A DNA stretch of 63,999 nucleotides, the filler included, from Perkinsus chesapeaki ATCC PRA-425 (Eukaryota; Protista; Perkinsozoa), in assembly GCA_013115145.1 (NCBI GenBank). It is 8 parts of 8 records of this genome, joined end to end, with 100 filler letters (N's around TTAATTAATTAA, not from the genome) between each part and the next. Parts side by side here need not be neighbours in the genome. Positions count along the whole stretch, not along the records: positions 46,153 to 52,654 come from JAAPAO010001079.1; positions 52,755 to 62,520 come from JAAPAO010000926.1; 6 more parts are not named here. One strand, written 5' to 3'. Of the stretch, positions 48,041-60,653 are shown one piece after another. The translations under genes were made by a program, and so were the position numbers. How positions within the stretch are numbered: position 1 is the first letter of the stretch; every line of letters begins with the position of its first letter. Below the pieces are notes generated by a model. It did no database searches. It had not been told where the DNA came from and worked only from the letters and a program-made list of their open reading frames with translations.

Positions 48041-48451
48041 GTTGCGCAGTAAAGTCTCCTGGATGTGCTCAGGGTGAAGAATAAGTATCCTTAGAAAAAC
48101 TTAGCTTTCTTAGAAAAGTGATCCTTGGAAATTGCTTAGGGCGAGCATGAAGTTTCCTTAGAAAACGTCATTTTCCTTAGAAAAATGATTTTTCTCGGTC
48201 TCAGTACAACCAGCTACAGGAAAATATATTAATACGCCTTATAAAAGGAAGGTAGGTGTGTGAACCAATCTGATATAGCTCAATAACTTCTTGAATAATA
48301 CTAGATAAGGCCTTAGTTAGTAACACAACCAACAAAGGAACTTAACCAATATAACTTCCACGAATTGTATCTACTTAACGTATATGCTATAGCGTACTAA
48401 GCTTACGTAGCTCAGCTGAAGATATGTGAGAAAGATTCGATATAGGAAGGC

Positions 48452-50600
48452 CTAATTTAGGCCGCCTAAATGGGACAAGCTGGCACAAAGGACATAAGGC
48501 GGACTCAGCGGACTTCGCTGAGCGGAGCGAAGCGCTTCACGAGTTCCGCTTACACTTAATTCTATACTGCGCGGTCCCAACCTGTGCGCATTCCGGTCCG
48601 AACGTGTGCAAGCCCATATGGGACTTCCTTGATAGTAAAAATGCGGACCTTCGGCCCGGCTAACCGACAAAGTCATGGCTCCGCTCGGGCTGGATGACAC
48701 ATGGATTTAGCATACATGGCCATGGTCTCGTTGTCATAGATTGGACTAAGTCGCCTCTGTACGGGTCTGCGTCGGTACCCTCGACGAAACCAGTCCTGAT
48801 CCTCACTCGTCCTCGTGGGCTAAATTCTAGTTTGACTCTTAATGCTTGTAGGGCTGGTACACCAATGACCAAGGGCAAACTTAAGTGGCGAACCACATAA
48901 GCAGTACTGGTAGCTGTGGTTCTGGGAGTCTTGAAGACCAGGAGACAAGTCCCTTGGAGTGGGACTCGAGATAAATTATCGGCCGTTAATACGCGAACAT
49001 TTTTCGGGCCATCTGAGAGAGGCATTTCCCCTCTTGGCCAATGTCTCGAGGACGTCGGCTCTCACGAAGCTTTCTGTCGCACCAGTATCTCATAATGCGG
49101 GGTGTTCACGTCCCATACACTAAAAACTCGTACATCTTCGACTCATGCCTCGAATACTCGTACACTTACAGCCCTTATACCGAAAAGCCGTACACTTTCA
49201 ACTCGTACACTAATTACTCACACACCGAACACTCATACACATAATACTCATGCATCGAATACTCGTACACACAATACCAGTACACTTTAAACTCGTTCAC
49301 AGAATACTCGTAAACTTTCAAGTGGTACAGCAAAAACCCGTGCATCCACTTCGTTCACAACCCCACTTTTAACCCGTACACCGTCATCTCGTAGAATCAA
49401 AGTCGATCTGCCGAGTTTGCCAGCGTTCAACACTCGAATGCGACACATAAAATAGTATTCGAGGTATGCTACTTCGGAATAGAAATTCGACATGGCAATG
49501 CCGATTCGGCATACCGGGCGCAAAAGGGTAGACTACCCTGAGTAGCACAGCCCAAGGTTTGGACCCCAAACCACCTAACGTGTTCAACCTGAGATCGATG
49601 TTCGAATTAAAATGATTAAGTTTAGTTTCCCTGAGGTTTGAACTCACGACCTTTCGTGAAGTAGCACCACACTCTAACACCGCCACCATAACAGCCGTAA
49701 AACCTTAATGCTAAGAAACCGAGGATGAAGGTTGCATGGCTGCGAAGTGTACGAGTTCTCGTTGTGTACGTGTTTTCGGTATACGGGTTTTTGGTGTACG
49801 GGCTTTTGGTGTACGATTGTTATGTGTACGGGTTTTGTGTGTACGAGTTTTATGCGTATGAGTTGGGGGGTGTACGAATTGACGATGTACGGATCCGAGG
49901 GGTGCACGGATATTGGTATCAGCAGATGTCGGAGGGGGCCTAGTTGACAGCGCAAAGATGTCGGGCATGATGTCGTCGTCAGATGGCACGTCGTCGATGT
50001 TGATGATTGCATTTGTCACCTTATGTTGTTTGTCCTCCTTGGCTTGGTCTGGTTTATTGGAGTCATTAGGATCGCCTTTAGCTGCTGGTTGAGACTGTCC
50101 GCGTCTGGCGCCCTGCCATTGACGTGTCGGGCGAGAATACTGTCTACCGCTTGGGGCCCTGCGACAGGCCGCCGCGAAATGCCCTCCACGGTTGCAGCGG
50201 GCAGACCTGGTCGGCTGCATGAGCTCGACCACACCTCGAGCACGCCTCTGGTGGCAGGTTTGGTAGCTTCAGTGTGCAGTAGCGGACCCCTCGACAAGCC
50301 GGATGGCCGCAGCCACGTGCGCACCCTGGCGCTCCGCTGGGTAACTGGCCAGCATTGATACCGTTCAGTTCTATCACAGGTAGAGGTAGTTTAAATGTGA
50401 AGGAGTTTTGACACCTGCTTTGGCTCCTTTAGTGTCGTCGGTGTGGTGTTCGTCGGGTTCGGGACGGATATGGACTCCCCCGAGTGATTTCCTCTCCTTC
50501 TGTCTATCATTTCTTCTACCATTGTGGATAAATGTGGATAAATGTACTTTTACAACACGCGTTGGTGCACTGTTGAGTTTTTTCTTTGAAATCTCCAACA
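48452..50600 (-). pseudogene. Decayed LTR-retrotransposon gag-protease fragment
   Basis: Zinc-knuckle remnants CSRCGRAHAADQVC and CNRGGHFAAAC; protease-like AVLECGAT (49689 region) and AL*DTGATESFV (about 49095-49060); stops and frameshifts; no RT. Confidence 0.7.
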
Positions 50601-50989
50601 CTGTTGGATATTTTTCCTAAATCTCGTTTTCCGCGGTTGAAGGTGTTGTGTTAATTAACCTCAGTACAGCGTTCCTACCAGAAATAGGCTACTTTCATGC
50701 TTATCTATAGACTAAACCGTTACATAATAAGACGACCTAATCTTCGTTCAGGTTTGTATCATTATGATACGTGTTATGATTATGTGTGATACTATCATAC
50801 ATAATTCTTCTTACACAAAAAATAAACTTATTGTTTGACGTTCACCTCCCATTGATATACCGCAAAGTCATAGTATAAAGTTATAAAGTTTATACCAGAC
50901 TCGACAAAGTGTTACAAATAAAGTCCATACACTTCACCGTCATGCACTTTCATCGACTTTCTGGGACTAAAAAGTTATAGAAATCCACC

Positions 50990-51551
50990 CTTCTGCCAAA
51001 AGGCTTCTGAGAGGTTTTGCGTTCTGAGTACCACTGAGGCCTTCTCGCTCTCTTTTAGTATCTTCTACATACGCACGTCTGGCCGGGGTGATACGGGGAC
51101 CATCGCCTGCATTGAGAAGCGCCTTGACTGCCAGAATCGCTTATGTCCCGTTCATGCTCTATCCGCTTACGTAAATGGTACAACGTCGGGTGTCATTCCA
51201 CCCGATCAACAGGTGCAGCAACAACTGTTTCTGGGCTCGGCTGGTGACCCATTGTCTTATAATGAATTACTCACCGGTCTGCAGTTCGTGGTACGCTCCA
51301 CGCAGGTTACCACGCATTCCTGTCGGCGTACGGGAACGCAACTTCTATTCCGTGCTGGATACTCCATCCCCCATTTGTGCCCGTATGGTCGTTGGCGTTC
51401 TGGTCCCGAGATGAAGAGTAGGTCACAGCTTGAAGGAGATATCCTGAGCCAGATAAGCCGATGGAACTGGCAGTACTCTACGGTGGAACAAGAATGTTTG
51501 TCGACCCGATTGCCTAAGCGCTGTCGCAAGCCGGTACGTAAGTCGCCATAG
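50990..51551 (+). pseudogene. Tyrosine recombinase fragment of DIRS type
   Basis: LCPVHALSAYV, LFLG, THSCRRTG (HxxR), GRWRS. Confidence 0.8.
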
Positions 51552-52265
51552 CTTGATCTCAAAGGCTTGTCGGCTTCTAGCGGTCCGTCAGGACGCGTCG
51601 GACACTCAGACTCGGAGTATATCGAGTCCGAATAATATTTTCTTTAGTGGTAATTCGGTGAATGCGTTCTATAAAAGTGGGGCGATGAACGGGTACGGAC
51701 TGCAGTATAGCAAAAATTTTGGTAAGGTTATACTCCTCAGGATGAGCGAGTTAGGCCTTGAAATTTTCAGAGTTCTCACTTGAGCCTATTTTGTGTACTG
51801 AGTTAAATTTCCAGGGCACTTCGAATTTCGGTCACATCGTGCGCGCGTGGTAAGTATGGACGTCATAGAACGCATGCCGAGTCGGCACGCGGTCGGCACT
51901 GCCGACCATATACTGGACAGAATGGCTTACATGAAGGATTCGTCCTCGCCCTCGCCTATTTGCCTGCGTAGGAAACGTTACACTCTCGCTCACCGTGATA
52001 TGCACAGAAGCTTCACCGCAGCTGTTAACAAAGCCATAGATGCTCGGATCATAGGGTCGAAGAAGCAGCTGCTAAGTATTTCAGTCACAAAATGTCTATG
52101 CAGAGACTTGAACTCGGACCTCTCGTACCCTCAGCGAGAATCACACCGCAAAACCGCACAGCCAGGTTGGCGTACTCTCTCCTTCAGCCCTCTCTTCCTC
52201 TTCACCGTGGGCTTAAAACTCTAAAGAGGTCCCGAGAAATTAAACCATAAAACAAGCGGTACCCG

Positions 52266-52345
52266 TGACAGATGTGGGGTTCGGACCCACGCCCTTTCGG
52301 ACTGGCGCCTTAAGCCAGCGCCTTAGACCACTCGGCCAAACTGTC
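52266..52345 (-). tRNA. trnL: tRNA-Leu(AAG), possibly pseudo
   Basis: GACAGTT TGGCCGAGTGGTCTAAGGCG CTGGC-TTAAGGC-GCCAG, variable arm, GTGGG-TCCGAAC-CCCAC. One acceptor T-T mismatch; T loop has TCC instead of TTC. Confidence 0.75.
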
Positions 52346-53033
52346 AACGAGTGGTACGAGTAGGATGGTAGAGGAAGAGTGGGACAGTGCAGTACCCGAC
52401 GTAGAGTCTGTCGCTGGCGCGCGCGCTCCATCCTCAAATGATGTCACGTCACCCCCCCATCAGTCCGCTCATCGCATTCATCGCAATCTTATCCATATTC
52501 CGCCTCATGTCAAGTTCGTCAATGGGGGATTTCGGGTTCGCCGGCGATGCCAACGACAGAGTCAGAAATGTCGAAAGCGGTCGGTTTCCCGCGTGGACGC
52601 TTATATTCACAGATTTTACGTGAGATTCCTTCATATGAGAAAAGTAATGACAGCNNNNNNNNNNNNNNNNNNNNNNNNNNNNNNNNNNNNNNNNNNNNTT
52701 AATTAATTAANNNNNNNNNNNNNNNNNNNNNNNNNNNNNNNNNNNNNNNNNNNNTTCCAATATCGAGAACCGTGGGGTGATATCCGCCAATAGTCAGTCA
52801 CTGAAATGCGCGTGGCTGTCTTGGGCAACCCTCTTGCGACTTCTTGTCAGTGGCACTGCTAGTGGCAGTCTGCCACTCCACCCAACGGAGACCTTCAATC
52901 ATATGCCCGACTCGGGCATTTACAGAATAACAATTTATTCGTCAACTATGCAACCCACCCCAGACCCCTCCCCAAACCACCCCGTCCCCTCCCTACCTAT
53001 CAGGGAGGGGAAAGAGCAAGAGCGGGGGGTGAA

Positions 53034-55324
53034 TCAACCCTTTCGGGGAGGGGAATATCGCCTGTATGAAGCACTGGTCTCCAGTGACGATCTAGATAGG
53101 AAGTCTGCTAAGACATTTGACGGACCACTCAAATGATGGGCTGTTACCACATATCCAATTTTTGGCCACAATTCTCGTAGGGCATACAACACCTGCGCCA
53201 TGCGGGGCGAGGAAGAATAGTTCTTATTGATAGCCATCACGGTAGACTTGTTGTCAGTCAAGACGTGTATCACCTTGCTTCCTCTTGCCAACGCGATGCG
53301 AATGCCCACTCCTACTGCTATCAGCTCCAGCGGGCAAATATCAGCACTCGTGACCTGGGAGCCCATGGCCAAAGGTAAGCTAGATAATTCATTCGTGAAC
53401 GACCAGTGAAACCACTCACAGTTTGTAGGGACATCCCCCATCTGGAAGACCACACCGCCCATGGCAACTAGCGATGAATCGGCGACTACTACTGTTTCCG
53501 GCACTCTGCCGGAATCTTCCCAACCGAGCACTTGCGAGGCAGTGGTATGGGTTAAAGTCGGCGATTCGAGAACTTCGAGGAATATCCGGCCGGATCTGGC
53601 AACATTCTCTCCAATCCTTACTGCACGCAAATTTCGTGATGCTGCTGCCTTCTTCACAGCGTACCAAGGTTCTAGTAGATGCCGTAGTCGCGGAGTTACT
53701 TGACATAACCAACTAAGCCGTCCTGTTACACGTTCGATAACAGATCTCGAAATGGGGCAGGACTTGAACGAGTCAACAACCAGCTGTACCTCCTCAATTA
53801 ATAGTGACCGCTTAGTTTCCGGAACCCTCACCGTTTGAGAGGGTAAATCCCATTCGAAACCAAGATTGTGAGGCGTTGAAGATATCCGGAGTTTGTCATA
53901 TGATACCACTAATCCCAACGCTTCATAGACAAGCAAGATACGAGACAACATTCTAACAGACTCCTTCTTAGTAGTTATCCATCCCAGGTCGTCCACATAT
54001 ATCATGCCTGAACCAACTTCGTTGTTAGGTGTAACCAACCTTTTGAGGATTCTGTGTACGCAGGCGAAATAACGACACCATAATAGAGGAGAGCTCCGCA
54101 AACCAAAGGGCAGGCGTAAGTGCCTATAGTACCACTTGGCAAGTGGCACTTGCCAACGTGATTGAGAAGAAGTTTCTGATCTTCTTCACAGACCGGTATA
54201 TGGCGAAATGCAGATGCGATATCTGCTTCGATCCATACTAAGTCTTCATCTGGGCATCTTTTTCTTTGTTGTTGAACAAGGAAGGCTGCTGACGCTAGAC
54301 CAGGGAGACATATGGTTTCTTCACAACAAATCTTCTCGTTAATTCCAGAGCGACGTAGGTCGTCTATCAAACGAATCTTACCGTTAGACTTAGGTACACA
54401 TGCCAATTTCGTGATAACAGCTCCGTTTGGCGCAGCTGGCATCCTTTCCATATGTCCTTTTGCAACTTCGTCATCAAGGGTCTTCTGCACAATGTCAGCG
54501 ACATCATCAGCTGATCGGTAGTTCTTCCATACCTGACCATCCTCATAGGAGGGACCAAAACCAAAGTGTTTTGGACCCTTGTCTTTCGGCCAAAGACCGG
54601 TAGCACGTATAGGCTGGAAATAACCAATATGACAGCCATCTTGGATTTCGTCGCATATTTCCAAGTCTTCAGGGATGCCTGGCTGTGACATGCTGATGAG
54701 CAAGTCCCGAGTAAGTCGAGCACGTATACCACATTTATTGGACTTGGCGGTGGAGCTCCCTAAGATAGTTGCAAATGCGCTAGCCAGTCGTTCCGCTCCA
54801 CTATTGAAAATCGTCGCAAACTCGGGGTCGTTAAAAGGTGAATGGTCTGCCTGAGTGGACCTCGGGAGATTACTCCACGAGGTGAGCTTATCGACCATGG
54901 TTGGCGTAAGGACTGATGAGACCTCGCCTTCCAAGGCATCTTGCAGTTGTGCCAAAGAACCATCGCAATTTTGGTGACTATCATCAAACCACATGCAATA
55001 CTCTGGTCTTGAGGAGCCATCACTCAGCCTATCTAAGACATCGTCTCTCCAACCACCTTTAGAAGTATAAGCCGTAGTATTGTAGAACCTTAAATGAGCT
55101 TGCTGCTCCGTGATACAATCCGGCATAGAACTCATCAGGTCTTCAGCTCGTTCTCGATTACTCATAGTAGTGTCGCGACGCTCCCGGCGACGACAGTTCC
55201 GTCTAGCTTTGGCTTCCGCAGAGCGCGTCCTTTTTGGCATGTTGTATAGGGGTTGAATCAACTGCAACGAGAGGGACCTTATGGTCACATTACCCAGAAA
55301 CCCGACTGGCGCCACGGCGAACAC
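53034..55324 (-). pseudogene. pol: DIRS-type RT/RNase H ORF, frameshifted once at 54136-54156
   Basis: ADIASAFRHIP, LPFGLRSSP, IYVDDL; RNase H VADSS, PLELIAV, TDNKST, HLSGPSNVLADFLSR. Confidence 0.9.
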
Positions 55325-55364
55325 AAAAGGAACGACGGGGAACTGAGAAACTAGTAGGCTATCT

Positions 55365-58123
55365 TCAGGTCGTGGGGCTTACTTGCTCCTGCTTCGGTGG
55401 CTCGTTAGAATATGGGGCGCTCCTTTGAGCGCCTTGGCCTTTGCCCTTTCCTTTACCCTTGCCTTTCCCTCCATTACCTTCTCCTTTACCTTTCCCTTTT
55501 CCTAGACCTTTTCCTTTGCCGTAGCGTGGGGAACGGTCAGAAAAACGGAAGGGTTGCTCTAGTAATGCTCGGGCCACATACATATCAAGTTTGGGCCTTA
55601 TGTACGCCTCGCTTCCAAACATATCCTTCATAGTAACTGCCCCACTAGCGATTGCCATGGCTCCTGAGTTCCGATAGCATGCCTCTGCCTCTATTACCGC
55701 TCGAACCGACTTAATAGCTGTAAACAAGTCAGCGATGTGTATAGCATAAGATATTACATGGCCGATATCGATCTGTGCTCGACCAACGTCAGATAACTGT
55801 AAGGCAGTAGCATAACGCAGAAAACACTCAAACCATTGACCAATAGAAAATATAGTGGCGCCCTTGTGATCAGACCTCCTATGTTGCACGACTTCCCCTG
55901 TCACCGTTGTCAGCGTCTCGACTTCATTATCAAACACATGTTTCGGAAAACGGAACTCTGAGAGGTCGATATACATCAAGGCAGGGTTATGCAGCTCTTG
56001 TGAAATTTCGCGTTTCGCAAATTTCAATTTCAAAAATTTCATGAAATTTCAGCGGCCAGCTGAAATTTCGCGAAATATTGAAATTTGACGATTTTTAGCT
56101 ATAATTTGAGCTTTTTTTGGTCTTTTTGTGCTCCCCTATATCGAAGAATATTATATCTACAACAAAGTCGGGCAACGGCGGCCATTAGGCATTTAATAAT
56201 CACGGATGTTCTGCGAATCTAACTTGCGCCGCTCGTAAGCAGATCTCGCTCGCCCTGGAAATCGTAGCGGCGCGCTCTGAAGGTGTGATTTCAGTGATCA
56301 GTGGGTGCCTATATCCGACAAGTAGAGTCTCCGAAATAAGACACCAGTAAATGGACTCATTTATTCTATGGACAATTGGCTAGTTGTGTTCGCAGAGTAG
56401 TCGAATGTCGGAGAAAGCCACGAGACCGATAAGCACTGGTTATTAACAGTCTCATCATGTTGTCAACCCAGTGACCGCATTACAAAGGGTACCCCATAAT
56501 GGGGTCTCAATCCCCAACAGACGTTACCTGGTGCGAGTCGTCTCCACAGAGTCGCACTAGTGAAGGCTGGACCACCTGTGAAAGTGCAGTAACGGGTGAT
56601 GATAATGGGACTCATTAAATGAGTTGATACTAGTAGTACCGACTCGATACTACCGACTCGGTACTTCCTTGTTCTTCCGCGCACTATAAACTCAATTCCA
56701 GTTCAGGCGTACAATTAATCAGCAAAGTTGGGAATCCCAACTTGGGATACCACTTGGCCGACAGTGATTAACTCCGTGAAACGGCAGAGAACATCACCGC
56801 TCAGCATCTAATTAGAGTCTTCTATCAGCACTATACCACTAGCACCAGTAGATCGAGAATGCATACTTAATAATAAATGGTTCGAGTAATCATTTTTCTT
56901 GGGAAGTTGAAGATGGTATAAAACTCGATCCACCGATCGAAAATCGTACGGAGCGAGGCTTCACGAACTGGCACATGTCACTTTCGCCCGACGATGAACT
57001 AGACGGTGATGAACTCGAAAGAGATATAGTCTCTACCTGTAAAAAAACTACGCGGGAAGATGAGGATACCGGAAGTAGACCATCATAAGTACTGACTAGT
57101 TCGTATAGGCAGCTATCAGATAGCCCCGGGTTATTAACCCGTATCTTACAGAGGCAGCGCAGCTTTTTTCCGCGTTCGAACGTTGGGAGAACGCTACAAG
57201 GAGACCTCGAAAACACTCTTCGGTCGGCTTCCTATAGCACACATGAGAATGCGGTTGAGAGAGAATGAGATTTACTACTCTTCGAGCTTATGCAAGCCAC
57301 ATGGATCTCCGACACCGGCGGGTACAACTGTTGTAGCATAGATATAGGCAGCAACATCATCTTGATCACGATAATTGAACCAGTATCAACCATGGATCAC
57401 ATGGAGTTGGTACTATGCGAAGCATCCACAAGAAGAAGACCAAGAGGCATAACGAATTTTGAACGCTTTTATTTCTTTCAGGAGAAGTCTTCTCAAAGAA
57501 AAATCTCAAATCCATAAGTTGCGCGCGCGTTAGCGCGCGCCCAAAATTCCAGATTTCACATTTCAGTGAAATTTCATGAAATTTCGTGAAATATTTCGAC
57601 ATGAAATTTCACGAGTCAGATTTCACTGAAATTCATAACCCTGCATCAAGGGGTTGTCAATAACCTTTTTAACGGCAGGCAGTGGAGGTAGCATGTTCAA
57701 CAAGAAGCTCAGCTTGCTACCAGCCTCGCTGGCAGTCCTACACAAGGCGGATAAGTCCACCTTGTTAGCACGGACACGCTTCTCTTTGAGGGAACGTTCA
57801 TGCAATATGCGCAATTGACCATCAGCTTCCTTAACGGCTGCTGCGATGACAGTTTCCGCATTGCGTTTTTCTTGTTCCTTAGACTCATCTTGAACATTCT
57901 CACATGACTTGGATGCAACAGCTTTTATGGTGTCTTCACTAGCAGATGATAACAACAGGGCGGTAACGATACCATAGGACTGTAGGGCGCCCACTATTCT
58001 TGTTGACCGCTGATCAGCATCTTCTTGGCCTTGGAGTATGAGCTGCACAATATCTTTGACTGCAGTCATTATAATAGTTGAGATGAAACGGGAGGGGGGA
58101 AAAATGGAATTCACTGAATACAA
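55365..58123 (-). pseudogene. gag: Gag-like ORF of the DIRS element, split by a hAT insertion
   Basis: Removing 55982-57643 and one TSD copy joins KVIDNPLM to YIDLSEFRF in frame (160 + 202 codons); GK-rich C-terminus. Confidence 0.75.
55982..57643. mobile_element. Non-autonomous hAT-type DNA transposon, 1662 bp
   Basis: TIR CAGGGTTATG (55982-55991) / CATAACCCTG (57634-57643); 8-bp TSD CATCAAGG at 55974-55981 and 57644-57651; subterminal GAAATTTC clusters at both ends. Confidence 0.93.
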
Positions 58124-59519
58124 CGGTATTTATGCTGGGCCCCTGGTAGCCATATGAATTTCGCACCTCCGATGCCACACCCCAGCCCATGGTGGGTGGC
58201 ACTTCTCTTCACCGTATCAAATTAGTGTAGTGGGAAACGAATCCACAACGGTTGTGCCACAACCTTGAATGACTAGCATATCTACTACACTACAAGCCTC
58301 TTTGGTCAATGATAATCGACAACTCGCGAGTGTTTCACGAAAAGGAAGTCTGAGTTGGGAACGCTCACCTCAGGTGAGTTGGGGAAAGGTTCAAAGCTAG
58401 TCGGACTATGCGAGGATACTGCTTCAATATACGACTATAGGCCACGAACCGAAACCTCTGACTAGTACCCAATTAACGTGGGATAAGTCAGAAGAGCTGG
58501 AACCGATTAAGAGAATAACGCAAAAACATAAGGAGACACGAATACAGTATACAAAGTGAACTACTAACTAAGTAAGTTAGCTACTAACTACTCGTTAGAT
58601 CGTCTCTTAGGGGGGTCCCTTAAAGGGATTCCCTTTATATATCTTCTTAGGTTCTCTGCCTCGACTTCGGCTTGAATCTCTTGGAGGATACTCAAACCAC
58701 GAGGCCTTCTTCCGTCATCCTCGTCTCCTTCTTCTCCTTCTTCTTCCTCGTTGTCACTGAAGAAGAACTCGTACCATTTAAGTGACGCCTCGTCGTCACT
58801 CTAACTCTCTGCAGTTGCTGTTGTGCATGTTCACAAATCGACCTCGAATACTTGCAGGGTAGCGTCCCTCCTCACATCGATCAACCGATCACCCAATCAA
58901 AGGAAGCTATAACGAGGGACACAAATTCTGTCCCCAGCAGGGTTGCCTTTCAGCTAAAGACAGTCCCTGGAGAGCTTGCTGCTACCACTACAATAACTGG
59001 GGAATTAGTTCGGCAGTTCTCCATTGACACAGATGCCCTACGGCCTTCCATATTCAAAGGAGAACAGTTGCGAAGAGCCCCATACCAGATTATCATAAGA
59101 GATTAACATCTCTACCACTACAGTGGCTAGTCTGTATTCCAACACGGGTGAACGTGTACCTCCCGTGTTAAGGAATTAAGACTCTAAGAATCAGCCACAG
59201 TCTGAAAAACATCAGACGAGAATCTATTGTTGTCATCATGATTCTACGCATATCACAGCTAGCTACTAGCTTGGTTTGTGCAAAGAAGCGTGGTTCAGCT
59301 GTGCGCCAGAATTGTGTCGAATGTCCTCTACTTTGAGGAATTTCACTCCCGTCGATCATCCGTAGTCGATCACTAACAGAATGCAGGCGCACCGGATTCG
59401 GTGTCACGCTCTCTGGAGTAATGGTGTTAATGATATAGATGGACCTTGAATCCAGGTCCTCGATTGTTCCTTAGCAGGCCACATACCCATCCAGGGTGGG
59501 ATGTTAACGATTGGTACAC

Positions 59520-59830
59520 ATAAAACACGTACACTTAATGTTTAATCTCCATAAGTCACGTTCATACTCAACTCGATTGCTTGAAACACGTACACAGTCA
59601 GCTCGTTCGCTCCTATTCAGATCATCGGCAGTTCGACTACCAAAAGTACGTTCACTATTATCTCGTATCCATAAGCTCGGTACACTTGCATTCAGTACAC
59701 TAAAAGTTCGTACACTTTCATTCCGTCCACCCCAATTTCATACACCAAAATCTCAATCCATACTTTTTTGAAAAAAGATATGCTTGTGTGAAAAAAGTTT
59801 TTTCACACAAGCATATCTCGTACCAAGATT
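59520..59830 (-). repeat. Copy 2 of the CGTACAC-rich interspersed repeat
   Basis: Inverted homologue of 41740-42010. Confidence 0.85.
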
Positions 59831-60574
59831 GTACAAACGGTACATTTTTGAAAAATGAAAAATGACTTTTCACCGGATTTTCCACCTAACTGTCCACACA
59901 ACTCATTACTGACACTTACTGTTAACGGGGTGAACAGCGAAGAGAGGAACCTCCGCGTTTTACGAACACCACAACGGGATTATGCCCGTTTGTAAAGAAA
60001 GCTTTGCGCGAGAGTACTTAACAATGTTAAGTAACATGTTAAGTTAACATACAACAATCGATTGACCAATCCACACTTGCACTGGAGACTCTTCAGTGCA
60101 ATTATGTAAAGTATGACTTGGGTTTCTTCGATGGATTGTGACAAAGAAAATTGGCACCATCGTACACTTTTTTGACTAGGTAGTAGCTAACCGACTAGTG
60201 CCGGGGCTAAGCTAGCGGCTAGCTGCTAGTCAACCGGCCAGCTAACTGAGAGTCCGTCAGTTTTGCAACTCACCTAACACGATTCTAACACTTTCACTTC
60301 CACTAGCTCCCACCAGGGTTTGATCCGGAGACTCCGCACCGGAGTCGCTAGCATGGCAAGTAAGAATTATGACCACTGGTTATGTGACGCGACACGCTTA
60401 GGCTAGGCGGCCAAGCATAGACTGTGCTGCATAGTGTGCGTGACATGACTGACTTATGATGGGCTTTACTGTAACCTTGTTATGGCTGTAACAGTGTTGG
60501 GCTCAGCACCTTACGAAGACTCATTTGCAATCGAGCGTAATTCACCTAGCGCTGGCGACGATGTCCTAGTCGTA

Positions 60575-60653
60575 TGTCGCCACAAGACTTGTGGCACAAG
60601 TGGGTAAGAACTCGCGCTCTTATACGCGAGTCCCAGGTTCGATTCTGGGTGAT
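60575..60653 (+). other. Degenerate tRNA-like (SINE-head-like) sequence
   Basis: B box GGTTCGATTC (60636-60645) within CCCAG/CTGGG stem, CTCGCG/CGCGAG stem; 5' part altered by hairpin 60579-60595. Confidence 0.45.

Noticed and set aside
50990-51551. Phage integrase or bacterial contamination
   Set aside because: CPV and GRWxS motifs and the nearby DIRS RT point to a eukaryotic DIRS recombinase.
55982-56042. ORF start MKFLKLKFAKREISQELHNPA
   Set aside because: This N-terminus is translated hAT terminal DNA; the real gag N-terminus lies at 57644-58123.
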